Shown here in pieces: positions 34,086 to 46,689 of a DNA stretch of 64,000 bases. The first letter of the stretch is position 1, and every line of letters begins with the position of its first letter. This DNA is from Mustelus asterias (lineage: Eukaryota). The position numbers were made by a program, and so were the translations under genes. The DNA lies in NCBI RefSeq assembly GCF_964213995.1, contig NC_135822.1:51770001-51834000 (forward strand), given 5' to 3'. The notes under the pieces were generated by a model. It was not told the DNA's origin. It did no database searches and saw nothing but the letters and a program-made list of their open reading frames with translations.

Positions 34086-34715
34086 CCCGGCTCTCCTGTC
34101 CACCTGCCCGTCCTTGGCCCTTTGCAATATTGCACGGAAGCCCAACAGAAACTGATGGTGCAGCACCTCAACTTCCAATTAGGCACTTGACAGCCTTTGG
34201 ACGGAATATTCAGTTTGGATGGAATATTGAGAGCCTGAAATTTTTCCTTCACCTTCAGCCCATTTCCATTTATAGTACTTCATTGTTTCTTTTTCATCTT
34301 ATTCATCCATTTAATTGCGTTCGACTCTATTGTTTTATTTTTCCACTTCTAAAATCCCACTTTGCACTTTGTTTCACCCCGTCGTCCCAGACCCATTCCA
34401 GCCATCTGCCACATCCTACACTCTGCACCTTTGTCCTACCATTTACGCATTCCAATCTCTTAATGGACGCTCTTAGTCCACCCCTACTTTTACCACCACC
34501 ATTAACATTCCCTTTGTGTTGTTGTCTATGCCATTCCTATCAATTACTTTCCCCCTAACACCTAACTACTCACGACCACACAGTATAAATCTTGTCTGAT
34601 TTTTCCTCCACTTTATCTCTGACCCAAGGGTCATCCTGACTCGAAACGTTTGCTCTGATCTCTCTCCAGGGGTGATTTCAACCCTTCTGAGACTTTCAGC
34701 ATTTTCTATGTCTGT
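34085..34715 (+). mobile_element. Penelope-like 3' segment / pseudo-LTR, inverted relative to the adjacent piece
   Basis: 34090-34190 is a reverse-complement homolog of 33630-33710; ends with CTGACCCAAGGGTCATCCTGACTCGAAACG...CAGCATTTTCT as in the copy at 37580. Confidence 0.75.
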
Positions 34716-35374
34716 GTTGGGAAAGAGGATATGCATTACGGAATTAATTTTTAACAGCGTGTGCCGCGGGAGAGCAGTGGGCAGGGACGCCATCGATTTC
34801 AACGTGCCGAGATCTCTGAAAAATAAAGAGACAGGAAGGATCCATGCATGCTGCAGGCAGCAAAGTAAAAGAAGATAATTCCCGAAGGCAGGCTTGAACA
34901 CTTGGAGCAGATTTGGATATGAGTGTCAAGACATCTGCAAGCCCCTGCTCAGCTTTAATTGTTGGAATACTGAGCATCTCAGGAACCGAGACAGCGAGAA
35001 AACCTACTCTCTGAGTAGAACATAGCACTGTGGGCTTATCCAACGTGTGCAGTCGACTAAACAGAAGAAAAAAACTTTAACCTGCCGACCTCTGTGAAGG
35101 GAAAACGGCACTTTGAATTCAATTCTGAACTTTCTTCACACGGAAAAAACAATAATTACTTTCTCTGTGTTCTTTTTCTCCTGTAAGTCTCCTTTTGTAC
35201 ACCTCTTCAGTGCATAAGGGTGAAACCCCGCAACCTGAATTTGGTTTAACTGCACTTGAACTCACAGTCTCCGTTCAAAATGCTCTGTGCTTTCTTTTGG
35301 TGTGATTAAAATCAACACAGCACTCCAAAACCAATGGATTGGTCAGCAAAACATTCTGGAGCGGAGGCCATTTT

Positions 35375-35695
35375 TCAGTGGTATTATCGCTGGAGTTTTA
35401 ATTGAAACTCAGCTAATGTTCTGAGGGGCCGAGTTTGAATCCCAGCACGACGGATGGTGAAATTTGAATTCAATGAAAAAAATATCTGGAGTTAAGAAAA
35501 GGATGATGACCATGAAACAAGTGTCGCCTTTTGGGAAGACCCACCTGGTTCACTGATGCCATCTTTACCTGGTCTGGTCTACTTATGTCTCGAGAGCCAC
35601 AGCAATGTTGTTGACACTCAACTGTCCTCGAACAATGAGGGATGGGCAATGAATGCCAGCCAGAAACCCCATGTCCCGCATGAATAAAAAAATAC
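35375..35695 (+). mobile_element. tRNA-derived SINE of a second family (SacSINE1/DeuSINE-like)
   Basis: AGTGGTATTATC A-box-like and GAGTTTGAATCCC B-box-like head, ACCCACCTGGTTCACTGATG core, TGAATAAAAAAA tail. Confidence 0.65.
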
Positions 35696-36884
35696 ACCAC
35701 CTTTCCTGAAGGGGGATATTAAAATACGAACATTATTAATTTTTCGGAAAATCACCGTTGTTTAAATTAAGACCGTACCTCAGACTTTTCTGCTCTCACC
35801 AGTCCGTTACAGAAGTTGGGAAACCAAGCCTTGGCAATAAATTTGAAATTGGCCAATGTGTCCATGTTAAGTGATGTCTGATGGAAAAAAAGCCAAGACA
35901 ATAAAAAAACTAGAATGTCGCGGTGACTGTTACAAAATTAACAACACGAGACATTTGACTATCGGACATTATTTTTCAAAAATTCCGCAAATGTCATCTT
36001 CTGATGCTCAGCTGTGGATCACAGGAAGAGAATTTGAGCGGTGCACATTTGGCAGCACCACGCACAGAAAATCCTCAAGTTACAAGCACGGAGATACACT
36101 TCAAAACGTCCAATAACATGGGAGAGGTAACCTGATCTAAATTCCATTAGAATATTTAGATGCCAGGATACTGATGTAGCAAATGTATATATCCATATCC
36201 AGCAGAACTCGGAATTTTCTCCACCAGCAGAATTGCATTTGGGAAACCGAATATTGCATCCAGATACTCAGGGGAGGGGAATTAGTTATCTAAGTGGCAA
36301 CAGGAAAGGAAATTTCAGCTCCGAAATTTGTAAAATTAAGCTCTCCAATCAAAGAGAGACGAGGTAGCTGGAAGCATCAGGAAAAACTCGTCGCTGTTTG
36401 ATTTTATCCCCCCATCCCCTCAGGCAAAATATTAAAAAAAAGACTGATTTGTGTTATATTGATTGGCAAGTTCGAAAACATCATTGTGAAGTCATGTTTT
36501 GTCACTTCATAAAAATGCAGCACAGTTAAAAGATCTCCACATCTCTGGATTGGAATCATTGGAGGACAACATTTATTGGGACCCCAAGTATCCCACGGCA
36601 TGCCGACAAAGGAGGTGTCCATGTGCTATGAACAATAGGAAAGGCTGCCATAATAAGTTCCATAACTTTAGTCCCGGACGAATTACGCCATCGATTGCGC
36701 AGCACTCCTCAGAAACCGATTAAAATCATTTGCAGCTTGAATGGCTGCATCAAAATCCTTTCGGCCGATGGGTCAGTTGCCTAAAAAACCCACATACCCG
36801 TGAGGCACTCTAAGATCTAGCATTGCTCTAACAATTCAAATATTATTTAACACATTACCTGTGCGCTACGAGGTTTCAGTAGTT

Positions 36885-37170
36885 AGATCACACAATGATA
36901 GATTCGTAGGATCGCTCTAGTGCAGCATGAGACCATTAGATACGTTGAGTCCACACCACCTATCTGACAGATCTTACTCAGGCCATTTTTCCCATCGCCC
37001 CACAAATTTATCCACCTAACCTTCACATCGTTCAAGTGTGGGAATAAACCGGAGCAACCGAAGGAAGCCCACGGAGGGGACGTGCAAACGCCACACAAAC
37101 AGTCACCCGAGGCTGGAATTGATCCCGGATTCCTGTCATCTTGAAGCCGCAGTACTAACCACTGTGTCAG
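36885..37170 (-). mobile_element. HE1-like V-SINE
   Basis: Antisense head (GTACTAACCACTGTG) and V-domain. Confidence 0.75.
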
Positions 37171-37579
37171 CTCAAGCCATCACACGCAAAGGTCTCAGAA
37201 CTCAAAGACTCTTCCTAATCACGATCATTGGAAAGTAATGCCGAGACCCAGACAGCAAATGTTTTAAAGACAGAATGTACGCACATGAGACGTCCTTGCA
37301 GCCATAAAGAGGTACCTCACATCCCGACGCATTGCAGTTGAAATACAGCTGTCCGTTCCAGACACTAGAGCTGGTGTTTGCGAGGGAAATATTTTTGCGT
37401 CATAGAAATTGAGATAAATGCTTCAGGAGTCCAGACCGTGAGCGGGACATCACGATCTGCGTGTCCGCTAGAGAAACATCTAATCAGATTCAAGAGTTTT
37501 GGACCTTTGAGAAACAATGTCACCAATCAATCCCGACATGATAACAATTCCGATGTAGACATAGGGGGATCTCATTCCG

Positions 37580-39460
37580 AGAAAAGAAAATGCTGGAAAA
37601 TCTCAGCAGGTTTGGAAAAGAGCTGACATTTCGAGTCCAGATGATACTTTGTCAAAGCTAAAAGGCAGAGAAAGTGAGAGATATCTATACTGTAGGATGA
37701 GGGAATGAAATATGTCACAACCACGAAAACAAGAGGAAAGGCTTCTAATGGCAGTCCAGAGAAAGAATACAAAGTGTGAATGGCCCAACGGCAGAGAAGC
37801 TGAAAGCAGAGGGTAAGCTGTGACAGATGAAAATTTGGCCGGTGAGGGGGTGGGGTGGGGGGGGGGGGGGGGCGGGGTGGTGGGGGAGCGGTGTAAGTGG
37901 GAGAGATGTAAAATAGAGAAAAAGGGGGAATGGGGAAGCAATGTTGAAGAAAAGGTACAGAAAACGGGGAAGTAAATAGAGGGAACGAATGAGGCGGGAT
38001 GGGGTGGGGTGGTGGGCGGTGATGGAATTAAAGAAGGAAAACAAAGAAAAAAGTTAGAAAACATTTAAAAACTAAATAAAATGAACACAAAGGGGTCGAA
38101 GTGCGGTAGGGCTTATCATCTGAAATTGTTGAATTCGATTTTGAGACCGGGAGGTTGTAATGTGCCTGGCCCGAAGACGAGGTGCTGTTCCTCCAGTTAG
38201 AGTTCAACTTCCCTGGAACAGTGCAGCAAACCAGAGAGAGACATGAGGGCATGGGAGCAGGATTGTGTGTTAAAATGGTAATCAGTGGGAAGGCCACGGT
38301 CCTGATTGTGCACAGACCGAGGGTGCTCAGCAAAGCGAAGACCCAGTCGACGTTTGGTCTCTCCAAGATAGAGGAGACCACATTGGGAGCAACGAATGCA
38401 ATGGACCAAATTGTAAGAGGTACAAGTGAAATGCCACTAAACCTGGAATGACTTATTGGACCTCGTATGGTAAGCATTGACGAGGTAAAAGTGCAGGTGT
38501 TGCACCTTTTGCGCTTACGTGGGAAGGTGCCATGGGTTATGGAATAGTCGTTGGGTACAGTGGAGGAGTGGACTAGGCTATGCCGGAGGGAACAGACTTT
38601 AAGGAATGCTGACAGAGGGAGTGAAGGAAAGATGCGTTTAGTGGTGGCAGCAAGCTGGAGTTGGCACGGGCTCCGAAGACTGCCCTTTCTGTGGCCTTGT
38701 GGAGTCCCTGGACCATGTCTATGTTGTGTGTCTCAGGCTGCACTCCCTTTTTGTTTTCCTAAAGAACCTTTTATTGATGTTTTGTTTGCACTTCAGTCCC
38801 ACGCTCCTGATCTACGGACACCCGGTGCGGAGAGGGGACGGTCGGGATGGCGAACTCCTCTTGAATCTGCTCCTGGGCCTGGCGAAACACGCCATTTACC
38901 AGTCCAGGCAGCGGGCGGTCGAGGGGGCCGTCCATCCTGACTGTTTGCCCCTCTACCGCGGCTATGTTCCCGGCCGGGTGTCCCTGGAGAGGGAGAATGC
39001 GGTGTCCACGGGCACGTTTGACGCCTTCCGCGCCCGCTGGGCACCGCCGGGGCTGGGGTGCGTTATCGACCCTAATAATCACATTTTAATTTGATGTTTT
39101 TAAGTTTCCTTTGTACTTTGATTTCTGTTCGGCCTGTTCTCCCTCCTTTTTGGGGAGCTGCCCCTTTTACTTTGTCCTGACTTAATCTGAGTTTGTTTAT
39201 TTGGTTTGACCAAAAATGAGGGCAAGCTGGAGTTGGCGCAATTGACGGAGGATTATGCGTTGTATATGGAGGCTGGTGTGGGGAAATGTGACATAAGACA
39301 CAGAAATAACGCATAGGAGCTATGCCGGAGGGAACAATCTTTGGGGAATGCTGACAGAGGGAGTGAAGGAAAGATGAATTTGGCGGTGGCAGCAAGCTGG
39401 AGTTGGCGAAATTGACGGAGGATTATGCATCGTATGCGGAGGCTGGTGTGGGGAAATGTG
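37580..39460 (-). mobile_element. Penelope-like element (GIY-YIG plus 3' tail), with nested Tx1 insertion and local duplication
   Basis: ORF 38197..38409 VHCIRCSQCGLLYLGETKRRLGLRFAEH; 3' tail at 37580-37660. Confidence 0.9.
38666..39221 (+). mobile_element. 5'-truncated L1/Tx1-clade LINE 3' end with 16-bp TSD
   Basis: CPFCGLVESLDHVYVVC CCHC knuckle and LLLGLAKHAIYQSR...FRARW C-terminus (38699..39094); TSD GCAAGCTGGAGTTGGC at 38650-38665 and 39222-39237. Confidence 0.88.
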
Positions 39461-42400
39461 ACATAAGACATAGAAATAAGACATAGGAGCAGAATTGTGC
39501 CACTCGGCCCATCGAGTCTGCTCCATCATTTAATCATGGCTGATAGTTTTCTCATGCCCATTCTCCTGCCTTTTCCCCATAACCCCTGATCCGCGCATTG
39601 ATCAATAAACTATCTATCTCTGCCTTAAAGACACTCAATGACCTGGTCTCCACAGCCTTCTGCGGCAAAGAGTTCCACAGATTCACCACTCTCTGGCTGA
39701 AGATATTCCTCCTCATCTCTGTTGTAAAGGATCATCCCTTTAGCTTCAGGTTGTGCCCTATGGTTTTTGTTTTGCATTCCAATGGAAACATCCTCTCCAC
39801 ATCCACTGTAAGTTGGCCTCGCGGTATCCTGTAAGTTTCTATAAGATCCCCCCTCATCCTTTTAAACTCCACTGAGTACAGACCCAGAGTCCTCAACCGT
39901 TCCTCATATGACAAGCTCTTCATTCCAGGGATCATTCTTGTGAACTTCCTCTGGACCGTTTCCAAGGCCAACACATCCTTCCTTAGATACAGGACCCGAA
40001 ACTGCTCACAATACTCCAAATGGGATCTGACCAGAGCCTTATACAGCCTCAGAAGTACATCCCTGCTCTTGTATTTTAGCCCTTCGACATGAATGCTAAC
40101 ATTGCATTTGCCTTCCTAACTGCCGATTGAAACTGCACATTAACATAAAGAGAAGTTTGAACAAGGATTCCCTCGTCCCTTTGTGTTTCTGATTTCCTTG
40201 GCATTTCCCCATTTGAAAAACAGTCTATGCCACCATTCCTCCTTCCAAATTGAATAACCTCACACCTTTCCACACTGTATTCCATCTGCCACTTCTTTGC
40301 CCACTCTCCTAACCTGTCCATGTCCTTCTGCACCCTCCCCCCCCACCCCCCCCCCCCCGCCCACGCTTTCTCAATGCTTCCTGTCCCTCTAAATAACTTT
40401 GTATCATCAGCAAAATTAGCAACAGTGCCTTCAGCTCCTTCTTCCAAATCGTGAATGTATGTTGTGAAACGTTGTGCTTTCAGCACTGACCCCTGCGGCA
40501 CACCACTAGTCACCGGCTGCCATCCTGAGAAAGACTCCTTTACCCCACTCTATGCCTTCTGCCAGACAACCAATCCTCTATCCATGCCAGGATCTTACCC
40601 TTAACACCATGGGTTCTTAACTTAGTCAAGTCTCCTATGTGGCACCTTGTCAAAGGCCTTTTGGAAATATTAATAAATCATGTCATCTGATTCTCCTTTA
40701 TCGAGGTTCCTTGTTACCTCCTCAAACAACTCTAACAGATTTGTCAGACATGACTTCTCCTTGTTGAAGCCGTGCTGACTCAGTTCTATTTTATCATGCA
40801 CTTTCAAGTACTCCACAATCTCATCTTTCATAATGGATCCGAAAATCTTGCCTCTGAGCGAATCAGGCTCACCGGCCTATAGTTTCCCATCTCCTGCCTT
40901 TCTCCCTTCTTAAACACCGGTGTTACAGTAGGCACTTTCGAGTTCTCTGGGACACTCCCTACCTCCAGTGATTCCTGAAAGATCACCACCAATGCCTCCA
41001 GCATTTCCTCAGCTATCTCTTTGAGAACCCTGGGATGTAGTCCATCCAGTCCAGGCGATTTATCCACATTCAGACCTTTCAGTCTCCATAGTACGTTCTC
41101 CTTAGCGATGGCCACTACACTCATCTGCGCCCCTTGATTCTCCTGGAGCCCTGGTGTCCCACTGGTGTCTTCCACCATGAAGACTGATGCACAGTAACGA
41201 TTCAGTTCATCTGCCATTTCTTTCTTTCCTATTATTGCTTCTCCAGCCTCATTTTCCAGTGGTCCAATGTATATTTCGCACTCAATTACCTTTTATATAT
41301 TGACAAATATTCTTCCTATCTCCTTTTATGTTACTAGCTTGCTTACACACATATTTCATCTTCTCCTCCCTTATTTTCTTTTAGTTGACCTCTGATCGTT
41401 TTTAAAGACTTCCCAACCCTCTGGCTTCCCACTAATCCTCGCCACTTTGTATGCTTTTTCTTTTGCTTTTATATTGCCCTTGACTTCCATCGTCAGCCAT
41501 GGATGCCTTGTCCTCCCCTTAGCATGTTTCCTCCTCCTTGACATGAATTTCTGCTGCGCCTTCTGAATAACCCCTTACATTCCTGCCATTGCTCTTCCAC
41601 CATCTTCCCGACTCAGCCCAATTTCCAAATAACTTTGGCCAATTCGTCGCTCGTGTCTTTGCAGTTACCTTCATTAAGTTGTAATGACGTAAATCTGATT
41701 CCAGCTTCTCCCTCTCAAACTGCAGGGTAAATTCTATCATATTGTGGTCACTGCTCCCGAAAGGTTCCTTCACCTGAAGTTCCCTCATCAAGTCTGCATC
41801 ACCAAGTCCAGAATTGCCTGTCGGCTCTGTCACAAGCTGCTCCAAAAAATAAACATCTCATGCTCATTCCACAAATTCCTTTCCTTCGGATCCACTACCA
41901 ACATGATTTTCCCAGTCCACCTGCATATTGAAGTCCCCCATTATTTTAGAAATATTGCCTTTTTATAAGTCTATTCTAGCTCCTGATATATTTTCTGCCC
42001 CACATCTTCACTACTGCAAGACAACTCCCATCAGTGTATTTTAACCTTTGCGATTCCTCAACTCGACCCACAAAGATTCTTGTCCTTCTGATCCTATATC
42101 GCTTCTTGCTATCGATTTAACTTGATTCCTTATTAAAATTCAACCCCGCCCCATTTGCCCTGCTGCAAGTCCTTTCGATAGGACACATGTCCTTGGATAG
42201 TTAGACCCAGCACTGATCCCCTTACAGCCACGTCTCTGTGATGCCCACAACATTGTACTGGCCAATTTCAATGTGCGCAACAAGCTCATTTACCTTGTTC
42301 CATATACTGCGCACAGTTAGTTACAAGGCACTCAGTCCTGCATTGACCACCTCTCTTCTCATACTTGTCACCTTTTTTGCTCTGCCTGAGGTTAGATGCC

Positions 42401-43900
42401 TGCCACCTTCTATACTATCGGTTCTATTACTCTGGAAAATTTACTAACCTCTCCTGAGCCCGAGGCTCCTTTAAATAGTTGAAAGTCCTCATCATTATCC
42501 AACACTTCTACCCTCTCGTTTAACTTTGATTTTCTAATTGTCCATACCACTGAACCCTCCCCCTCACTACTTAGTTGAAAGCCCGATCCACAGCCCTAGT
42601 TATATAATTCACCAGGATTCTGGTCCCAACATGATTCAGATGAACACCATCCCATCAAACAGATCCCCTCTTCCCCAATACTGGTGCCAATGCCCCATGA
42701 ATTCAAACCCATTCCTCCAAGACAATTTTGTGCCACACATTTACCTCCTTAATCTTATTGACCGTATGCCAAATAGTTCGTGGCTCAGGTGGTAATTCAG
42801 AGATTATTACCTTTTTGGGTCTGCTTTGTAATTTAGCTCCTAGCTGTTCAAACTCCCTTAGCACAACCTTTGTTCCAGTTCTACCTATGTCATTAGTACC
42901 TACGTGCACCACGACAACTGGATATTTACCCTCCCACTCCAAGTTCCTCTGCAGTCCAGATGGGATATCCCGAACCCGAGCACCAGCCAGGCAACACAAC
43001 CTTCGGGGTTATTGGTCCTGGTCATAGAGAACAGTGTCAATGCTCCTAATTATATGATCCCTAATTATGAGTACATTTCTTTTCTAACCCCACTTGGACG
43101 GCTCCCTGTACCATGGTGCCGCGGTCAGTTTGCTCATCCTCCCTGCTGTACCCCTTCCCGTCCACACAGGGAGCAAAAATCTCGAACCTGTTCGACAAGG
43201 TCAGGGACTGAGGCTCCTGCAACCCTACCTCCTGGATTTCTCTACTTGCCTTACTCGCTGCCACACCCTCCTGTCCCAGACCACTGGCCGAATTCAAGGT
43301 ACTAAATCTCAGGGGTGTAACTGCCTCCTGGAACACAGAGTCCAGGTATCGCTCCCCCTCCCTGATGTGTCACAGCGTCCAAAGCTCAGAGTCCAGCTCA
43401 TCCACTCTGAGCCGGAGATCCGCAAGCAAACATTTACTTAAGACGAGCTGACTGTGAACCACAATGGGGTACACCAAGTTCCACATCATGCATGAACAAC
43501 AATCACCAGACCCTCCATCTCTATTTTATTTTATTAGATTTTAATTTGGGTTTTTTAAAAGCCTTTTTCAAATTATATATCTCCTTAGTATATCCGTCTC
43601 AACGCAATTTCTAACCAGTAAATTAAATGGATTTTCAAATTTACCATACTCCCTGTTAGCCAATCAAATCACAGTTCTCCTGTGATGTCAGTTACAGGTT
43701 TCTTTAGTCTGACCTCACTGTCAGTTTCAGAGAATCAAGAGTAGCGTTTACTGACCAATCAGCACTCTCCCTTGTGGCCTCTGCTGCCTGTTTCACCTCA
43801 CTCCCTCTTTCACACAACTCCAAAAGCATTCCTCACAGCCAGGCAGCACTCACGTTGCAGACAGAGCAGTACTTACTGGCCTCTATTTTTATAGGTTTCT
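39461..43900 (-). mobile_element. Essentially full-length decayed CR1 LINE (ORF1 zipper and esterase, ORF2)
   Basis: Tail at 39461; RT pieces 39732..40019, 40076..40513 (NFADDTK), 40828..41217, 41519..41845; ORF1 CCLAGARV, HVGTNDIG (42703..42999); LRVDELDSEL heptads near 43400, ATG at 43518; 5' limit uncertain. Confidence 0.9.
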
Positions 43901-44779
43901 ACCTGCAATGCCCTGGGACTGGTTTGAACCAATTTTACAATTCGGCTGACAGACTTTCAGCTGAGAGCTGAAACATTTGACTCCTGTTTCAAGAATGCAG
44001 AGAGTGAAGTGCAGCTTTTAACTTCCCAATTAAATAACTAATTTAGCTAACCCTGAAAGCAAGTTTAATGACTACTTATCACCTTATAATTATCACTTGA
44101 ACTTCCTGTTTCCATCCACCTCCAAATGCACTCTGACACAGCCAGGCAACACTCACCGTGCAGTCACGACCGAACTGTGCACTGTTTCTGTTTCCTTTTG
44201 TTGGAACACACATCTCCTGGAAGTAATTCAATGAAGGTTCACTGGCATGATTCCTGGGAAGAAATATTGTTTAACCGGGAAAGGTTGAGAGGATTGTGTC
44301 TATATTCATTGAGGTTTACAGGAATGATCGCCGATTTTGAAGATGCAAGGCTCTAAGGCACTTTGCCAGGGTAGGCTCTGAGAAGGCGTGTCTCGACGTT
44401 TGAGTGATCTGGAAGAAAGGGCTGAATTTAAAATGAAGGTCTCCCAGTTAAGACTGAGAAAATGAGGAATTTATTCCCTCTTTCTGACGTTTTTCTTTCA
44501 CATTCTCTTCGGAAGCAAGCAGCGAAGGTGACTGTATAGATTCAATTTGTGGCATACTGCAAATCGATAAGACAATGGAACATCTACATCGAAAAAACCT
44601 TGCAGATTTTGGATCAGTTTTACTAATACTTCAATTGGTAGCAGTTTATGGGACGCTAAACGAGTAGGTCGCTGGGGTCATGGGGCTTGACGTAAGAGGA
44701 AATATCGGGTAGTATGGGATTCTCTTCATCAGGTAAGTGGAAGTTTTCGTACTGAACTACATGCGACTCTGAGAGTTAG

Positions 44780-45415
44780 ATAGAGTGTTAGAGTCAGAGT
44801 GGTTTACAGCATGGAAACAGGCCCCTCGGCCGAACTTGTCCATGCAGCCCTTTCTTTATTAAAACCCCTAAGCGAATACCAATTGCCCGCATTTGGCCCA
44901 TATCCCTCTAAACCCATCGTACCCATGTAACTATCTGAATGCTTTTTGAAAGATGACATTTTACCTGCCTCTACGACTCCTCTGGCAGCTTGTTCCAGAT
45001 ACTCACCACCCTCTGTGTGAAAAAATGCCCCTCTGGACACTTTTGTATCTCTCCCCTTTCACCGTAAGCTTGTGCCCTCTAGTTTTAGACTCTCCGACCT
45101 TTTGGGTAAAGATATTGACTATCTAGCTGATCTGTGCCCCTCATTATTTTATAGACCTCTGTAACATCACCCCTCAGCCTCCTACGCTCCAGAGAAAAAA
45201 GTCCCAGTCTATCCAGCCTCTCCTTTTATCTCAATCCATCAAGTCCAGGTAGCATCCTAGTAAATCTTTTCTGCATTCTTTCTAGTTTAATAATATCCCT
45301 TCTATAATAGGGTGACCAGAATTTCACGCAGTATTCCAAGTGTGGCCGTACCAATGACTTGTACAACTTCATCAAGACATTCCAACACCTGTATTCAATG
45401 TTCTGACCGATACTG
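44780..45415 (-). mobile_element. CR1 LINE 3' end, same subfamily as 27935-28540
   Basis: LYKSLVRPHLEYCVKFWSP...; shared 3' UTR. Confidence 0.9.
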
Positions 45416-46689
45416 AGAAGATGTGTCCTCTCCCGGTGGAACACATAAGTCTTGGGCACAGTGGGAAGTAAATGGACCTCCAAGTTTAGACCGAGATGAG
45501 GACTGAATTCTGCTCTCGAATGTATCCAGTATTTAGAATTCACTTTCGTCGAGAACGTTAAAGGCTGAGTAGCTGAACATATGCCAGGGTGTGTTAGACT
45601 CATGTCTGATGTGCATGGGTCAAGAGGTAAAATGATGTTAAGGCGACAACAAAGTCAGCCATGATATTATTGAATGGTGGAGTTTGATCGATGTGCACTT
45701 TTATTATGGATGTCTTTGTGATCATGAAACTGTAGATTGCAATGTGTTTCATCTGATCCGAAAAGGTGCAGGGCGGCAAGGCAGATGTTGGGTGTGACGG
45801 AAGAGAGAACTGCCGTGTTGCCAAGAGCAAGGTAACATGAGGGGACAAGAAGGTCCGTGTGTTGTTGATTTCAGGTGGAAGTAATGAAAATAAGGGGGGG
45901 GGGATGATGTGTTGAGAGTGGATTGGAATTTGGGAAGAAGGAAATTGATATCTTGGTTCTAGAAGGGAGGGTAATTCGTGAGAGCAATGGCACTGGAAAT
46001 CAATCAAACATGGCCCAGAAATCTGCAAAACAAACTGTGAGGATTGCGAGGCGAAGATAAAATGAGGAGACTGCAGAGACTCTGCCATGGAAGTTCGAAT
46101 CGTCAAAACAAGTGCAAAGATGACTGGAAAACGCTAAGTTGGAAGTAGGAAATGGAGGAAATCAGTTCACGGTAGCTGTGGAGTCAATGCTTCATAGTGA
46201 ATATTGATGCAAAGTCTGTCGACTGAATTGGAGACAAACAATGAGCAGATAGAAAGGAAAGAGTCAGAGACTGACCGCGTGCCCGTGCGGGAGGAAAATA
46301 CATTCAACACAACATTACATTTCGTCGACAGTGTTAAAGAAGAAATTTGCACAACAGAATCTGTCACGTATCGAATGAAGAAGTGGTGTCAGGAACCCAT
46401 GAACTTAGGGCCTGTGAGAGAAAGCAGGAGATTTGAAATTGAACATTCTGCCCCATTTTGGACACGGCAATTGAGGAACGATGTGAGGATTATAGAAATT
46501 GATTCAGAGAAAATTTTCCTGGGAGCTAACTTACTGTAACTTGGAGGAATCCTCAAAGGCTAGAATTGCTCTCCTTTGGGAAGAGAAAGTTGAGAGGGAA
46601 TTTGGCACAGGTGTTCAAATAAATGTATTTTTTTATCATTATAGGGAGATACTAAAAACGCCAGTCATGGAGAAAATCAAATATGTAAA

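Noticed and set aside
44680-44738. Strong donor CAG|GTAAGT near 44730 (and an acceptor-like site near 63912)
   Set aside because: No recognisable reading frame or partner exon
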